Assembly (NCBI GenBank): GCA_951406725.2
Contig: OX597826.1
Location: forward strand, 62,372,001 to 62,436,000
Length of the DNA stretch: 64,000 bases
Source of the DNA: Octopus vulgaris
Lineage: Eukaryota
Direction of reading: 5' to 3'
A program made the position numbers and the translations under genes. Within the stretch, counting starts at the first letter, position 1. Every line of letters begins with the position of its first letter. The notes under the pieces were generated by a model, which had not been told where the DNA came from, ran no database searches, and worked only from the letters and a program-made list of their open reading frames with translations. Shown piece after piece: positions 26,790-41,194 of this stretch.

Positions 26790-28025
26790 AGTGACAGATT
26801 GAGTAAGGTGAAATTCTCTGTTGTGCCCAAAAGTTTTGTCTTTTGCAATGTCGCAATGCAGGGACACATTTCAATTATATTAAGATGTTTCTGGACGTCT
26901 TTCGTCACCGACAGAAGTACCCCAGTTACCCTTGCTTTCATATCCTACATCCTCTCGACGTCTATTCTCAAGCCTGCATATTGTACAATTTTCCCGTTTT
27001 CTCTATCATTGATATAATTCACGTTTTCTCTATCATTGATCTCCTAGGAAAGCTACATCGGTCGACAAACACCTCCTTACAATACTTTTCTCTACCAAAG
27101 TTATATCTGCCAGAACGCGATGATAGATCGTTATCTCCTACACGCAATTTGTTTTCCCTCCTTGTTTCTCTCCTTGTTTTTTTTATGTGTATCTTTCTGT
27201 CTAAGAGCGTAGGCTCGAAACGTAAAAGACCTGTTCTATTTCAATTCCTGAGAGCCATACTAATACATTTGTTTGTTTGTACTTCACCTGCCTTCGTCTT
27301 TTGTTTATTTTCGTAAATCTTCCCGTTATATCTGCTTTAGTATATTCCAGAACTCTATCTTTCTGAATTGTAAAGTCCCACAGGTTTATTTCACAGATTG
27401 ACTTTTTAGTAATTTCTCTGGTTTGCGCTGACACCATAATTTCATAATTTCAGTGGTTGGAAACCTGTATTTCTTACACAAAGACCAATGGAGGTATAAG
27501 TACAGTTTTTCGTGACGACGTTTATATTTACCCAGCACAACTATGCCATAGACATTCACAATGTATATCACACTTCCCCACCCCCGCCACATAAGCTACA
27601 CATATTTATTTCATGTGGGTTATACACATTCCTCCTTAACGAGCTTGTGTTTACTGCTTGATACTCAGCAACCACCGACAAACTTTCTGTTTCTGCCTTC
27701 AGCTCACCTTTCGTCTACCAATTCCAACATAAATTTTTTATTTTACTACATTCCTTTGACTTTCGAATTGAACTTGTTATTCTACAACGTTTCCAGTGCT
27801 CAGTTCTTCAGCTAGTGGCCTATTTTTCAGATTTTCTTTACTTTCAATAGTTTCAATGTATGTGTCTCCGCTTTTGGCAGCCCTTCTCTACTGCATGCCG
27901 AATGTAAATCCAATGACTTGCTTTCAGAAACCACACAAACGCACGCACTTAAAAAATCCTTCTTCTTTTACGTTCCGAGGTGAATATAACGTTATAATAT
28001 TTGCCTTTGTGTTCAATGCACCATA
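26790..28025 (-). mobile_element. Decayed R4/Dong-like retrotransposon interrupted by a nested insertion
   Basis: KYKRRHEKLYLYLHWSLCKKY; INLWDFTIQKDRVLEYTKADI; LQKTKLLGT. The upstream part is too decayed to read. Confidence 0.65.
27111..27324 (+). mobile_element. ~215-bp HHR-bearing short element with an 11-bp flanking direct repeat
   Basis: gttatatctgc at 27100-27110 and 27325-27335. HHR-like UCUUU CUGUCUA A GAGC GUAG GCUC GAAA CG UA AAAGA at 27192-27229. Same family as 35325-35512. Confidence 0.7.
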
Positions 28026-28041
28026 GTCCACCATCATTTTG

Positions 28042-28220
<179 letters not shown>

Positions 28221-28436
28221 GTCATATTTCAGATTAACATGTTGTGTAGTCGTGGGTGCATAGAGTCCATTAAATTCCGTATTATTCCACTGATTCGAAT
28301 TATCCATCAAAGATCATCAGTCCAATTAATGTATATGCGAATATACGTATGTATGTGTGCATGTATATATGTATTGATGTAAGCAAGCTTCCATATATTT
28401 ATGTATGTACGTACGTATGTATACATGCATGTATGC

Positions 28437-29000
28437 CAGTGAGATAAATAGTCGAATATAGTGCAATATTATTTTATTCACTTAGTCTTACACTTTTATG
28501 GGCTTCAACGTATACTCCATTTCAAACAATGCATCGGTCGGGGCGCGTTTTCTACCATTTCTAAGCAGTGCTGGAACACAGGTGGAATGATTCTTTTTAA
28601 CACCTCCGTCGGTTTTTTTCTTCGCCTCTTCCACATCTGCAAATTCTGTAGTACCAGCTTTCGTCGCTTTCGAAAAGAGATGCGGATCACCTTCCAACTG
28701 TTCTTTTTGTTCAGGACACGCATTCAGGCGTGACTGCCTTTGATCTTCCTAGAGCAAGCAAGGCACAAATCTTGCTGCAACTCTCTTCATTAGCAATTCC
28801 TCGCTCAAATTCCTTTGAGAGGAGCTCCAGGACACACAACTCATATCGACAAGTTCGGCAGTTACTCGGTGACGGCCCTCTAAGATCAGTTCATAAATTT
28901 TCATGGTGTTTTCATACGTTTGTGGGTGGAGACAGGTCGACTGTCTTCCTGAACGAGGTCGGTCTTCGAGTGACAAGTGACCATTCCAAAGTAGGATATT
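28437..29000 (-). mobile_element. Internally deleted mariner transposase remnant
   Basis: SLEDRPRSGR...ELILEGRHRVTAELVD...MKRVAARFVPCLL (WVPHxL-like motif), plus C-terminal EFADVEEAKKKT. Confidence 0.8.
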
Positions 29001-29434
29001 ACACAGGATGCAGTTTATTCCCTTTGTCTCCTACGTACATTACCCCGTTTTGGTTGTTTTAAACTTCTACAGCGTGTGTTCCAGGTGCATTTGAATAAAA
29101 CGTACCACAGTGGTACGTAGGGACAATTGATATGAACTTAATCTTGTGTTTATTATACTTTTTCCTAGTATTTTTCTGCATATCAGTAGCAGTATTACTA
29201 CTAAGCACATTGGTAACCACACCACATTATTGCATGTAAACTGGATAATTACACTATTATCTACACAGGCTCTAATCCCACTAATAGCAGTTGTACATCC
29301 AAGTATATGCACAATAAATACTGTGCATACATACATGCATACTTACCATATATACATACATTTAGATACTCTCTCACACACACATACATACATATATGCA
29401 TATATACATACAGACTAAATGTTCATGTATATAC

Positions 29435-29897
29435 ATATTATTACTGGAGCCTTGGGATATGTAACACACTGCCTAAATACCAATCTTGAGAAATTAGGTT
29501 TCTCAACACCAGAAAGGAGAAAGCAAATTCGATGACTACAGATCCATTCCATCACTGGAACTGTAAAATTCTGTAAAACTTTCCAGAAGTTTATTATTTA
29601 AATATATGTCAGCATGTCTAGATATGGAACTATATGCATGAGAATACATACATAAAACATACAAATTTGCACATACATACATACATACATACATACATAC
29701 ATACATACATACATACATACATACATACATACATACATACATACATACAAACATACATACATACATACATACATATATACATACATACATACATACATAC
29801 AAACATACATACATACATACATATATACATACATACATACATACATACATACATACATACATACATACATACATACATACATACATACATACATACA

Positions 29898-29931
<34 letters not shown>

Positions 29932-30300
29932 CATACATACATACAAACATACATACATACATACATACCTACATACATACATACATACAAAAATACATAC
30001 ATACATACATACATACATACATACATACATACATACATACATACATACATAAATACATACATACATACATATATACATAAATAAATACATACATAGATAC
30101 ATACATACATACATACATACATACATACATACATACATACATACATACATACATACATACATACATACATACACATACATACATACATACATACATACTC
30201 TGTTGTTGGTGTTGAAATTCTAATGAAGGAGCCATGGATCTAGGTTAGAAACCGCTTCATATTCTATTGGCAAGAAATCGTGAAATAAATCGTATGATGA
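29435..30300 (+). mobile_element. 3' end of an RLE-type non-LTR retrotransposon with (ACAT)n inside the probable 3'UTR
   Basis: IITGALGYVTHCLNTNLEKLGFSTPERRKQIR*LQIHSITGTVKFCKTFQKFII*. Unique tail sequence resumes at 30198. Confidence 0.65.
29670..30197. repeat. Long (ACAT)n microsatellite
   Basis: Direct reading, ~530 bp. Confidence 0.97.
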
Positions 30301-30637
30301 TATACATGCATACATACATATATACATGCTCAAACATGTATACATACATATGTATACATACATGTATATATACAAACATGTATACATACATGTATGCATG
30401 CATACATACATACATAAATACATAATACATACCTACATATATACATACATATGCATACATACATACAAACAAACTCACACATGTATATGTATATGTATGT
30501 TGCCATTTGCTGTCATATTTAAAATTTTATATATGTACCTACATATATACATATATACACACATACTCACACATGTATACATACATACATACATGCATAT
30601 ATACATACATACATACATACATACATACATACATACA

Positions 30638-30668
<31 letters not shown>

Positions 30669-31944
30669 GTACATACTCACACATGTATATGTGTGCTGTC
30701 ATTTGCTGTCATATTTAAAAATTTATATAAATTGTCATTGACGAATAATTTATTAAAGAGAAATTTGTTCATTATTTTTTTCTCTGTGCAAATACATCAC
30801 ATTGCAGACAAATTAAATAAAACAGAACATTTCGTCGGGTAGGAACAGATAAAATATAAAATGAAATACGACAAATAATGACAGAATTTTAAACATAGCC
30901 GTTAAAAGCTCACAAAGATAGATTATATTTATTACATTCACTTTTAATATAAAATAAATCTATTATAGAATATATTTTGTGGGACTATATAAATATCTTG
31001 TAAAGATTAAACAGAAAATAATGCAAACAATAGCTACAAAAATAGGAACAAAACGAAAACACGAAAACATTTTATCCGTTTCCTGAGACGCCAGCAGTTA
31101 CAAAAGAGATGATCAGATAACAGGCAGATGTGTGGAGGGTGGGAGAATAATGAGAGACAATATTAAGAAACTGAGAGCTAAAGTATAAACCTGACTACAA
31201 AATGTCATGTAAAGACGTTGACAAGAAAAGTTCTTACAAATGAAAAACACGCAAAAAAGTGGGCGAGCTAGGAGCGGATAAAGAGGAAAGAAAATAATCA
31301 GACCACGCTCTGAAAATCACGTAATCCTGACTGATGAGACAGAAAATACAAAAACTGTTATAATTAAGAACGATATAAAAGCGTGTGCAGGCTGTGCTGT
31401 AGCAATCAATCACATTGTTTGTGTCTTCACTAAAACAGTGTAAATACACGAACATGAGAAAGTTGTAGGTTTAATATAGACGAAATTATGGCTGCGTAAT
31501 AAAATATGTACAAATACACCCCTAGAATATATGTCCAACAATACGGAAGCAAATATTGTTCGGGGACATGTCGATTTAAAAAGACGAGAAGAATGAAGTA
31601 AATTGCCGACTTGATGTTTGGAAAGATGACTAAGGAAAAAAAATATAATGTTACCAGTTTTAAAGAATTTATCTCTATCGGAAATGGATAAATTATCTAA
31701 ATATAAAATTCGGATATATAGATAACTGGAATTGAACACAGAAGTACAATTCTGAAGATGATTTTACCTTGAGAATCGTTAAAGGTACTGACGCATATAT
31801 GATATATGACAAAAATAATAAAATGTATAAAAATACTTAGAACTTGCACTTATATGCTAGAAAGTGTTTAGAGAAATATTTTATAGACAGTCAGGCAAAC
31901 ATAAATTAGGGAGTATTCCAACAGTATTGAGGAGACACTTAAAT

Positions 31945-32075
31945 TTCAAAGAAGGATCCTGTAACCGCAATGCACTTTCAGCGTTTCAACCGACTTGAGA
32001 AAGCTCCGAGGAAGCCTTCGAAAGGGAAGTCACCCAGAATATTTTTTACAGCTTTCTTCACCTTCTCCTTCAGCT
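31945..32075 (-). mobile_element. Mariner transposase C-terminal scrap
   Basis: EKVKKAVKNILGDFPFEGFLGAFSSRLKR*KCIAVTGSFFE, resembling the mariner KCI...G.YFE terminus. Confidence 0.55.
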
Positions 32076-32749
32076 TGGGGGGAAACCAAAAATCACAGGA
32101 ATATTTCAAGAGGGTCAAAGCGCAGGAAAGCTATGGGAGGACCAAGAACAAGAGGTTTGAATAATATCCATTGTCCCAGTTGCTTACGACAAATGAACGT
32201 AGGGATTTATGTGTTTTGCATTCAAATCTAGTTGAGAATTTCCTAGAGCGAAACGTTAAAATGCTTGACAATGAGATGGCCAGGTATAATGCACTAAGAT
32301 GTCTGTATTGAAATGGTAATGGTTTTTGAAATATGTCACGTCGGTTTGCCTGGGAACATGTTCGAGAATAAGCCATGTCGTTTTCATGGAAACAAATAGT
32401 TAGGCAATGGTTTGTTTCAAAAATGTCCCAAATCCCGTAGAGTTTGGTATGAGATGCACTACATTGTATTTGCCGATATGTAGCTCATCGATTTTTGGTT
32501 GATCTAGTATTTGGATATAGAGGGAGTAATTGCCGACCTGTTAGTGATATGTTATATGCCGTGTGTGAAAATGAGCGCACCTGATTGACTCTAGGATTGG
32601 GCTACACAGTGTTTCAATACAGTAAAAAATTGCAGTGTGGTAGTGCAGGAAATATATAATAACCTCAAGCCGGGAAATAGGAATTTGAAATTGGCGAACG
32701 ACATGTATTTCAACGAAAGTGTAACTGAGTGAAATAGCTTTTCAACTAT

Positions 32750-32942
32750 AGGAAAGAAGGCACGAAATTTTGAGGGAGAGCAGTCGATTAGTTCACCCAC
32801 ACCACCAATGCTCAACTGATACTTATTTTACCGACCCTGAAAGGTTCAAAAGGAAAATCGACCTTGGTTTAATGTTAATTCAGAGTGTTAAGACAGACGA
32901 AATGCCGCTAAGCATTTCTCCCAGCGTATTAACTGTTCTGTC
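32750..32942 (-). mobile_element. SINE family B (diverged)
   Basis: gtcgattagttcaccc...tacttattttaccgaccctgaaagg...gacgaaatgccgctaagcattt. Confidence 0.75.
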
Positions 32943-33156
32943 ACTGTCTTACAATTGCCGATGGAAATATCAATGATGTTGTCCTCTATCTTTCTTTTCG
33001 GATATATTTTACTTTGGGGGATGAAAAAAACAAAAAACAGAAGAAACAAAAAAAAGGTGGCGTAGGTTTTCGATCAAAAGGGATCGTAAAAGGGAAAAAG
33101 AAGAACAAAAAAATGTTTTTTTAATAAAAAAAAAAAATAAATAAATAAAATAAATA

Positions 33157-33212
<56 letters not shown>

Positions 33213-33552
33213 ATAGATTTAAATACGTATGTGTATGTGATTGTGCGCAAGAGAGAAAGATTGTAAAAAGTATTGAGCAAAATGTTGAAAATGCAGCAAA
33301 CTTTTCTTTTTATATGCATGCTTATTTTTGTGTAATTAAAAAGTTAACATTTTAATGTTAGTGGAGAACAGACTTATTCAATGTCTTTATATATATATAT
33401 TTTTTCACACACGGTATATATATATAAAATTGAAAAATATATATATAAATATACGTTTACACAGAATAAAGATTTACGTGAGTGTGTGTTTACATACACA
33501 CTAACACACACACACACACATACACACACACACACACACGCACTCACACATA

Positions 33553-33589
<37 letters not shown>

Positions 33590-33685
33590 ACACACACACA
33601 CAGACATGCACATATACATATCAAGGCATACATATATACATACATATATGAGCGTGTGTATATATATATACATATATATAAATAT

Positions 33686-33716
<31 letters not shown>

Positions 33717-34053
33717 TATGTATGTATATATGGACGAATGTATATCATGTATATAGAGGAATGAAGGGGAGAGAGAGAGAGTGAGAGAGAGAGATTAAGT
33801 AGTTTGCAAGCAAGGCGAAATCGCTACCTAATAATTTACCTAAGCAAATTAAGACGTCTGGTGTAGAAGTGAAGACTATTGTAATGAACAATGATCATTG
33901 AATCCGGAGGCGCGGTGGCGTTCTATGAGAGTTTATATAGGTAAGGTAGATTAGCAAGATGAGCAAGAGAAAATATGATTAATAAATCTTTAGATAAAAA
34001 AAATTTACATACATCGAAACACAGACACTCACACACATATATATTTATGTATG

Positions 34054-34127
<74 letters not shown>

Positions 34128-34392
34128 TGAATATATATATACATATATATGTATATATGCATACATATATATATATACATATATATATATACATATGTAT
34201 ATACATGCATATATACATGTATATATATGTATATACATGTATATATGCATGTATATACATATGTATATATATATGTATATATATATACATGTTTATATAT
34301 ATATAACATATATATATATATATACATGTTTATATATATATATGTATATATACATGCTTATATATATACCATATATGGTATATATATAATGT

Positions 34393-34534
34393 AGGCGCAG
34401 GAGTGGCTGTGTGGTAAGTAGCTTGCTTATCAAAGACATGGTTCCAGGTTCAGTCCCATGCATGTTGCACTTTCAGCAATGTCTTCTACGATAGCCTCGG
34501 GTCAACCCAATCTATATCATTGGATTTGGTTGTC

Positions 34535-34617
<83 letters not shown>

Positions 34618-34848
34618 TGTGTGTGTATGTGTGTGTGTGTGTATGCTTTTTTTGTCTGTTTTGCCGTCACCCCACCCCAGCATCGCTTCACATCTGATGC
34701 TGGTGTATTTACTTCCCTGTAACTTAGCGGTTGGGCAAAAGAGACCGATATACGAGGTTTACAAAGAATACGTCCTGAGATCGATTTGCTCGACTAAATG
34801 CGCTGCTCCAGCGTGGCCGCAGTCAAATGATTGAAACAATTAAACGAA
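34393..34848 (+). mobile_element. SINE family A
   Basis: Intact head, long internal (TG)n, tail. Confidence 0.85.
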
Positions 34849-34879
34849 TATATATAAAATAGATAATATATACAGAGAC

Positions 34880-35222
34880 AGGCGCAGCAGTAGCTGTGTG
34901 CTAAGTAGATTGCTTACGAACCGCATGGCTCTGAGTTCAGTTTCACTGCGTTGCACCTTGGACAGGCGTCTTCTATTATAGCCTCAGGCTATAATAGAGG
35001 ACACCGTGATTGGATTTAGTAGACAGAAATATACATCTTCGTCTGCGTTTCTCCTCTCACCATCGCTTGATAACTGATATTGATGTGTTTGCGGTTCGGC
35101 AAAAAAGAACAATAGAATAAGTAACAGGCTTATAAAGAATAAGACCTTGTGTCGATTTGTTTGACTAAAAGGTGCATACCAGCAGTCAAATGACTGAAAC
35201 ACGTAGAAGAATAAAAGAATAA
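34880..35222 (+). mobile_element. SINE family A (second, tandem copy)
   Basis: Head ggcgcagcagtagctgtgtg through tail gactgaaacacgtagaagaataaaag. Confidence 0.8.
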
Positions 35223-35254
35223 AGGAATATATATATATATAAATAAATATATAA

Positions 35255-35321
<67 letters not shown>

Positions 35322-35324
35322 GAC

Positions 35325-35507
35325 CCTTAGTTCCTATATGCGTTTTTTTCTCTCCTTGTTTCTTTTCTGTGTATCTTTCCGTGTCGAAGAGCGTAGGCTC
35401 AAAACGTAAAAGACTTGTTCTATTTCTATTCCTGTGCGCCATACTAATACATTTGTTTGTTTGTACTCAACCTGCCTTCGTCTTTTGTTTATTTTCGTAG
35501 ACCTTCC

Positions 35508-35512
<5 letters not shown>
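35325..35512 (+). mobile_element. HHR-bearing short element (same family as 27111) between (TA)n tracts
   Basis: UCUUU CC GUGUCGA A GAGC GUAG GCUC AAAA CG UA AAAGA at 35374-35413; downstream ~100 bp closely matches 27230-27325. Confidence 0.7.
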
Positions 35513-35560
<48 letters not shown>

Positions 35561-35575
35561 TATAAATATAAATAA

Positions 35576-35628
<53 letters not shown>

Positions 35629-36403
35629 CATGTGTATATATATATATATATACGTTGGTTCTCTTCTTTTTCTATAACAGCCTTGAAGCAACCTACACGT
35701 AAGTGTATCATGAAATTCTTCCAATGGTTTTTCCCTGCTTTTCTTATTTTATTATTGAATTCATGTCATTTACTTACTTATACATGTACTTATTTATCTG
35801 TTTATTTACACATCCGTTTACTACATATGTCTCTTAATCTGTATTGTACATATAGACTATGGTATGAATCATCATAAAATTACGAGACTCTCGGAAGATC
35901 ACTTAAAATGTATGCCATTAGTCGATAACAAAAAATCATCATTTGAGTTTAGGTAATAGAGGATTTGTAGATAATGTATATCAGGCATAATATTTTTTTC
36001 CTTTTATTGTATATGGTAAGCAGGTTATGCAAACGCAAACATTTCTTTAAAATAGTTGATGCCTGCATTGGTCTTCAGGTCAATGCGTTATGACTGTTGT
36101 GATATATATATGTATATATGTATATACATAGATGGAAATAAATCGAATACACACACGTACACACACTCATATAAATATACACACTAACACACAGACACAC
36201 AACGTCATAAAATGTAGGGATTGATGACACTTAGGTGAATATCTCAGCCAGCATTCTATGCGAAACCGTGGTTCATTGTTTTGTGTGTGTGCGTGTGTGC
36301 ACGTGTGCATGTGTGTGTTTGTGTGTGTATATGTGTGTGTTTGTGAGGGCATGTGTGTGTGTGGCTGTATGTGTATGCATGGCTGTCTGTGTTTGTGTAT
36401 GTG

Positions 36404-36486
36404 TGTCGGTGTGTGTAAACGTTTCCAAACCTTTCCAAACCTTTCCAAACGTCTCCAAACGTCGGTGTGTGTAAACGTTTCCAAAC
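36404..36486. repeat. Local minisatellite/duplication (10-bp tttccaaacc units)
   Basis: gtcggtgtgtgtaaacgtttccaaac occurs twice, with extra tttccaaacc units between. Confidence 0.8.
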
Positions 36487-38359
36487 GGACTTCATTACCG
36501 AAGCCACACCCTTGGTAGTAGAAAACATTTAATAATGTGGAAGATTCATATGGAACTACACTTCCTATAAAATATTCTACCAAAATTGAATGTGTACCAA
36601 ATATATTTATAACAATGAGAAATTATCTTAAAACATTACTGTCCTAGATGAAACCAAACAGGATTACCACTGGATATTATATTATTGATAATGTTCTCGT
36701 CATTGGTAATAAAATAAGGAGGAAAATTCGCTTAAACAACTAACACTCAACACACAAACGCACTGTCACACACACAACACTCATACGCCTAAGCTTAAAC
36801 ACACAGATACACACATTCACACATACAGTCACACAAGAACTAAAATAATGTATTGCAATTGATGAAAAAAAACAAATTGCCCTCTGTGAACTGTCATCAA
36901 TTTCAGCCATTCCAGAAAAATATATACCTTTCTTTCTTCCTTTAAAACTCACAACACACACATATATACACACACATTCATACACATTGAAACACATATC
37001 CAAGAAATTCACTTTTCCCAGAACAAGTGTTTTTCAAAGTTACAGAAGTTTAAAATTTGATCATTTTTTCCCAGTCAGAACAAGATTTGGAAGCTGTCAT
37101 TTTGTGCGTGACTGCACGTGTTGTCACCTGTAAACAAATGAAGTATTGGCTGAATTCGTCTTTACGCACGCCTTGTAACCCTTCGTAACATATTTGTTTT
37201 TTGAAATTCTTAGTAAGTTTTTGCGAATTAGTATTCTACACATTGGACTTCATATGCACTATGCAAAAACGAAAAGAAATAATAATTTGGTGCTTGATTT
37301 AAGGTCAACTTTGCTATTATTTTAACATATCTTACGTTCACCATTTAATAAGCGAAAACTGACCGCGTGAGTAATCAACTCGGTAACAGCTAGGCTTGTT
37401 ACTATGGAAACTGATACCTATATGCCTGTGACGTTCGACTGGCTAAAATTACCCCAAATTTTCAAACTTGAAAAGCTATTTTTTGAAATTTATGTCAACG
37501 ATTAACTTACAAAACTACACCAATACGCCAAATATGAAATCCAAATCAAGTGGAACAAAAATTGAAGAAATTTAAAAGTAGCAGCCAAATAGAAAAGTTC
37601 ATTAAACGTATATTATAGTTCCTTAACGAAGAACATATAAGAACAAATAAGTTTCAGGGAATGCGACAATGGGACGCCGTGTTCAAGATTTGTTGTCAGT
37701 TATTTATATGATTTTCAATGGGAGTTTAAATCGTGCACCGATATTAAAGTTCAGAGTAGATTAACAATATTTTCTTTGAAATGTTAGACGTAGTTAGCAA
37801 GACGTATGTGCGGGGTCGTGCACGTTCATGTGTGTTTGTGTTTGTATTTGCATATATTTTTGTACTTGTATGTGCGTGTGTGTATGTGTGTGTGTGTTTG
37901 TGTTAAGCACATAGTTTCCTCTATATATCTATATATCGTAAGATGTATGAGCAAACCCCCAAGACATCTAATCTCATAAATTTTTATAAACACATATATT
38001 TTAAGAAATGCAAGTGCTTTCATCTAAAATTGTGTGTTGAAACTAAAACGATTGTAACGTGCGAGACCAAATGTCAGCCATTCAAAAACACACAGTCTCA
38101 ACTTCACTTAAACATTTTTTTTTTCATGTTAAAATGTCCGTCGCACCAACTGAGACCTTGTCACTGACACGGTTTCACTGTAACTCGGTGAGTTGACAAC
38201 AGCATTTTGACAAGAAATAATAAATGTATAATGATTTTGACATCCTGTGTATTTTATCATATACTTCATGTTATATTCCTTATTATATTTTTTGCTATGA
38301 TCTTTCTCAGCCTCAGACTTGTAAAATTTATTTATTTTACCACTAGTTTATATTTGTTC

Positions 38360-38743
38360 GGTGGAGGCGCAATGGCCCAGTGGTTAGGGTAGCGGACTCG
38401 CGGTCGTAGGATCGCGGTTTCGATTCCCAGACCGGGCGTTGTGAGTGTTTATTGAGCGAAAACACCTAAAGCTCCACGAGGCTCCGGCAAGGGATGGTGG
38501 TGATCCCTGCTGTACTCTTTCACCACAACTTTCTCTCACTCTTACTTCCTGTTTCTGTTGTACCTGTATTTCAAAGGGCCGGCCTTGTCACTCTCTGTGT
38601 CACGCTGAATATCCCCGAGAACTACGTTAAGGGTACACGTGTCTGTGGAGTGCTCAGCCACTTACACGTTAATTTCACGAGCAGGCTGTTCCGTTGATCG
38701 GATCAACCGGAACCCTCGTCGTCGTAACCGACGGAGTGCTTCC
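38360..38743 (+). mobile_element. Full-length tRNA-derived SINE family D with 10-bp TSD
   Basis: A box tggcccagtgg, B box ggtttcgattcc. TSD atatttgttc at 38350-38359 and 38744-38753. Near-identical copy at 50483. Confidence 0.92.
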
Positions 38744-39084
38744 ATATTTGTTCCCATAGTTACTTCTATGTATACATAGATTCTAAGCCAGTTGTGTTGT
38801 TTTACGATTAGGCGTGGTTTAGTAGGTGACTAGCAACACGAGTGTAGATTAGTATCTTGAAATAAAACACAACACAAGATTTCACGAATCGCCTGTAGAA
38901 GTGAAACAACGGAACTTAAGAGTCGGCTGCGCCATTCTAAGTTAGAAATAAATCGTACACACAGATACACACGCAAGTACATAACACGCCTGAAACGAGA
39001 CAGACATATATATATATATATACGCCTGCAGGTACGCACACGCAACCTTACACACACTTACATATATGCAATCGTGTACAACAA

Positions 39085-40450
39085 AATATTACAGATGAGG
39101 AACAAAATGCATTTCAATGTTTAGAAGAAGATTCATTTACAGTCATTAAACAAGATGACAGAAGAGGAGCCATTGTAATAATGGACAAGACCCATTTCAG
39201 GAAAATGGTCATATAACAACTCCATGATTAGCAATTCTTCAGAAATACTGAAAAAACATAAGCAAAATTGGTCAATTTACCAAAAATTTCAAAGATGACT
39301 TCACAGGAAAGAAATTCGATTAAGTCACTAATTTTGAAGTGAAGTAATTTTTATGGATTTCTTAAAATCCATAAATCTAAACACAATTTAGCAGCTTAAT
39401 AGACCTCCATACTGCATTGATTAATATTCTCAAGCCAACTGATCTCAAATCGCGCTCGATTATTGCAGGATCAGCATCTAGCAACCAATGATTAAGCAAC
39501 TTGCTGGACATAATCTGTATGCAGATTAGTTCCCAGTTTCATCAGAGATGACATGGACTTTTTAAAACATCCCGGAACGGGTAGAAAAAGAGATGGTTCT
39601 GGTTAGCTAGTATCTACACAAATATTTCCCATATATATGGACTAAAAGCAGCAGAATTCTGGATAAACAAACACCTACAAAGAATTCAGGAGTGATTCTC
39701 AAAAGAATTTATACTTGAAAGTTTACATATAGTACTGGGAAAAAATTCTTCTTTGATAATCAATATTACTTACAAATACAAGATACTGTGATGGGGACGA
39801 AAATCGCTCCAACATTTGCCACACTAGTAATGGAATACCTAGAAGAAAAAATCTACACCCTATCCAGAATTACATTTGACCACCACTTCCAAACCTACCT
39901 TATAGGAAACTGGAAAAGATTCTCAAATGACTGCTTTATATTTTGGAACAGAAGCAAGGACCTTACAAAATTTCTTTAATCAGTAAATAACATTCATTTC
40001 TCAATCCAATTCAATATCGAAATGAAGTAAAAGGAACTCCCTTCTCTTGCCATCCTTATAATTAAAGAAAATGACACAGTTACCTCTACTACAAGAACAG
40101 AGACACACCAATATTTAGATTTTAGATCTTACTGCCGTTCCCATAAAAAAAGGAACATGCTATCTAATATAGCAAGGTGCATATTGCTAATAGTCACAGA
40201 TACTCTTAGACGAAAGAAACGATTGGCAGAACTTAACATATCCCTTCAGAAACAAAAAATATCCCAACAAGTTAATTCGTAACAAAAGCAAATGAAATCC
40301 CGATCTCTACATTACAGAGAAACACTGAAACTAGGTGTGATAATAAAAATCCAAATATAAATATTCCGTTTGTAGTCACCGGCAGTCCTAGAAATCAAAT
40401 TAGCCTGCACCCTGCCAATCAAGATCTCCAAATTCTACATCAATCACCAA
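39085..40450 (+). mobile_element. Decayed Penelope-like element reverse transcriptase
   Basis: IKQDDRRGAIVIMDK (KADKG motif), FYGFLKIHKS, RSIIAGS, FIRDDMDFL, SIYTNI, MGTKIAPTFATLVMEYLEE, WKRFSNDCFIFW, HQYLDFRS. Many stops and frameshifts. Confidence 0.85.
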
Positions 40451-40467
40451 ATATCGTATACGAACTT

Positions 40468-40620
40468 CTATTTGTTCTTCAAACTGCATTCCAGCAACTT
40501 TTAGTGTTTGGCCCTGAGTTTTATTAATGCTCATGGCAAAAGAAAGACGGATAGAAAACTGTAACGGCTTAAATTGGAATGTGAGATTAGATGGTATAAC
40601 AACCAGTGAGAATATTTGCC
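40468..40620 (-). mobile_element. Helitron/PIF1 helicase fragment
   Basis: PSNLTFQFKPLQFSIRLSFAMSINKTQGQTLKVAG (R.QFP.RL.FAM.INK.QGQ.L motif). Confidence 0.85.
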
Positions 40621-41194
40621 TCAGTGTAGTTATACCATTGCATGATTGTTGAGACAAATTAGGCAATAGCATAATAGCACTACAAAAAGCATTAACAAAC
40701 AAACACACAAACGGACATAATCTCTCTTTTAAGTATAAAATAATAGATAGATACATATGCATAATAGCATCCCCTGAACCATTTACTTTCATTTTGATGG
40801 ACAAACAAACGAAGAAACACAAACGGAGAGAATCGCTCGATCTCATATATATATTTATATATATATGTATATACCGTATATGCATATGCGTATACATATG
40901 AATATATACATTTGTGTATCCATACATCGGTAGAGACAGATATCTATGAATATTTATCAAAGTTAGAAAGAAATTTAATACCTTAGATAATTGTAACTCT
41001 TGTAACATAGGTGGGTATGTGCGGGACACGTTGATGTGTGTGTTTGTATTTGTGTGTGCATGTGTGCGTGCGATTGAGTGAGTGTTTGCATGTGTGTATT
41101 TGTGTAAGCACATAGTAGTCTCTATACATCTATATATCGTTCGGTGTGTCGGTAGCATATAGACACTCTGATTTAAAGGTTTCAAATTCTTTAC

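Noticed and set aside
38363-38436. tRNA gene candidates (also 50483 and 55375)
   Set aside because: They are SINE heads followed by conserved bodies, with TSDs in two cases; no proper cloverleaf or Pol III terminator.
40400-41185. 261-aa ORF
   Set aside because: Chance fusion of low-complexity sequence with a short Helitron helicase motif; not a gene.
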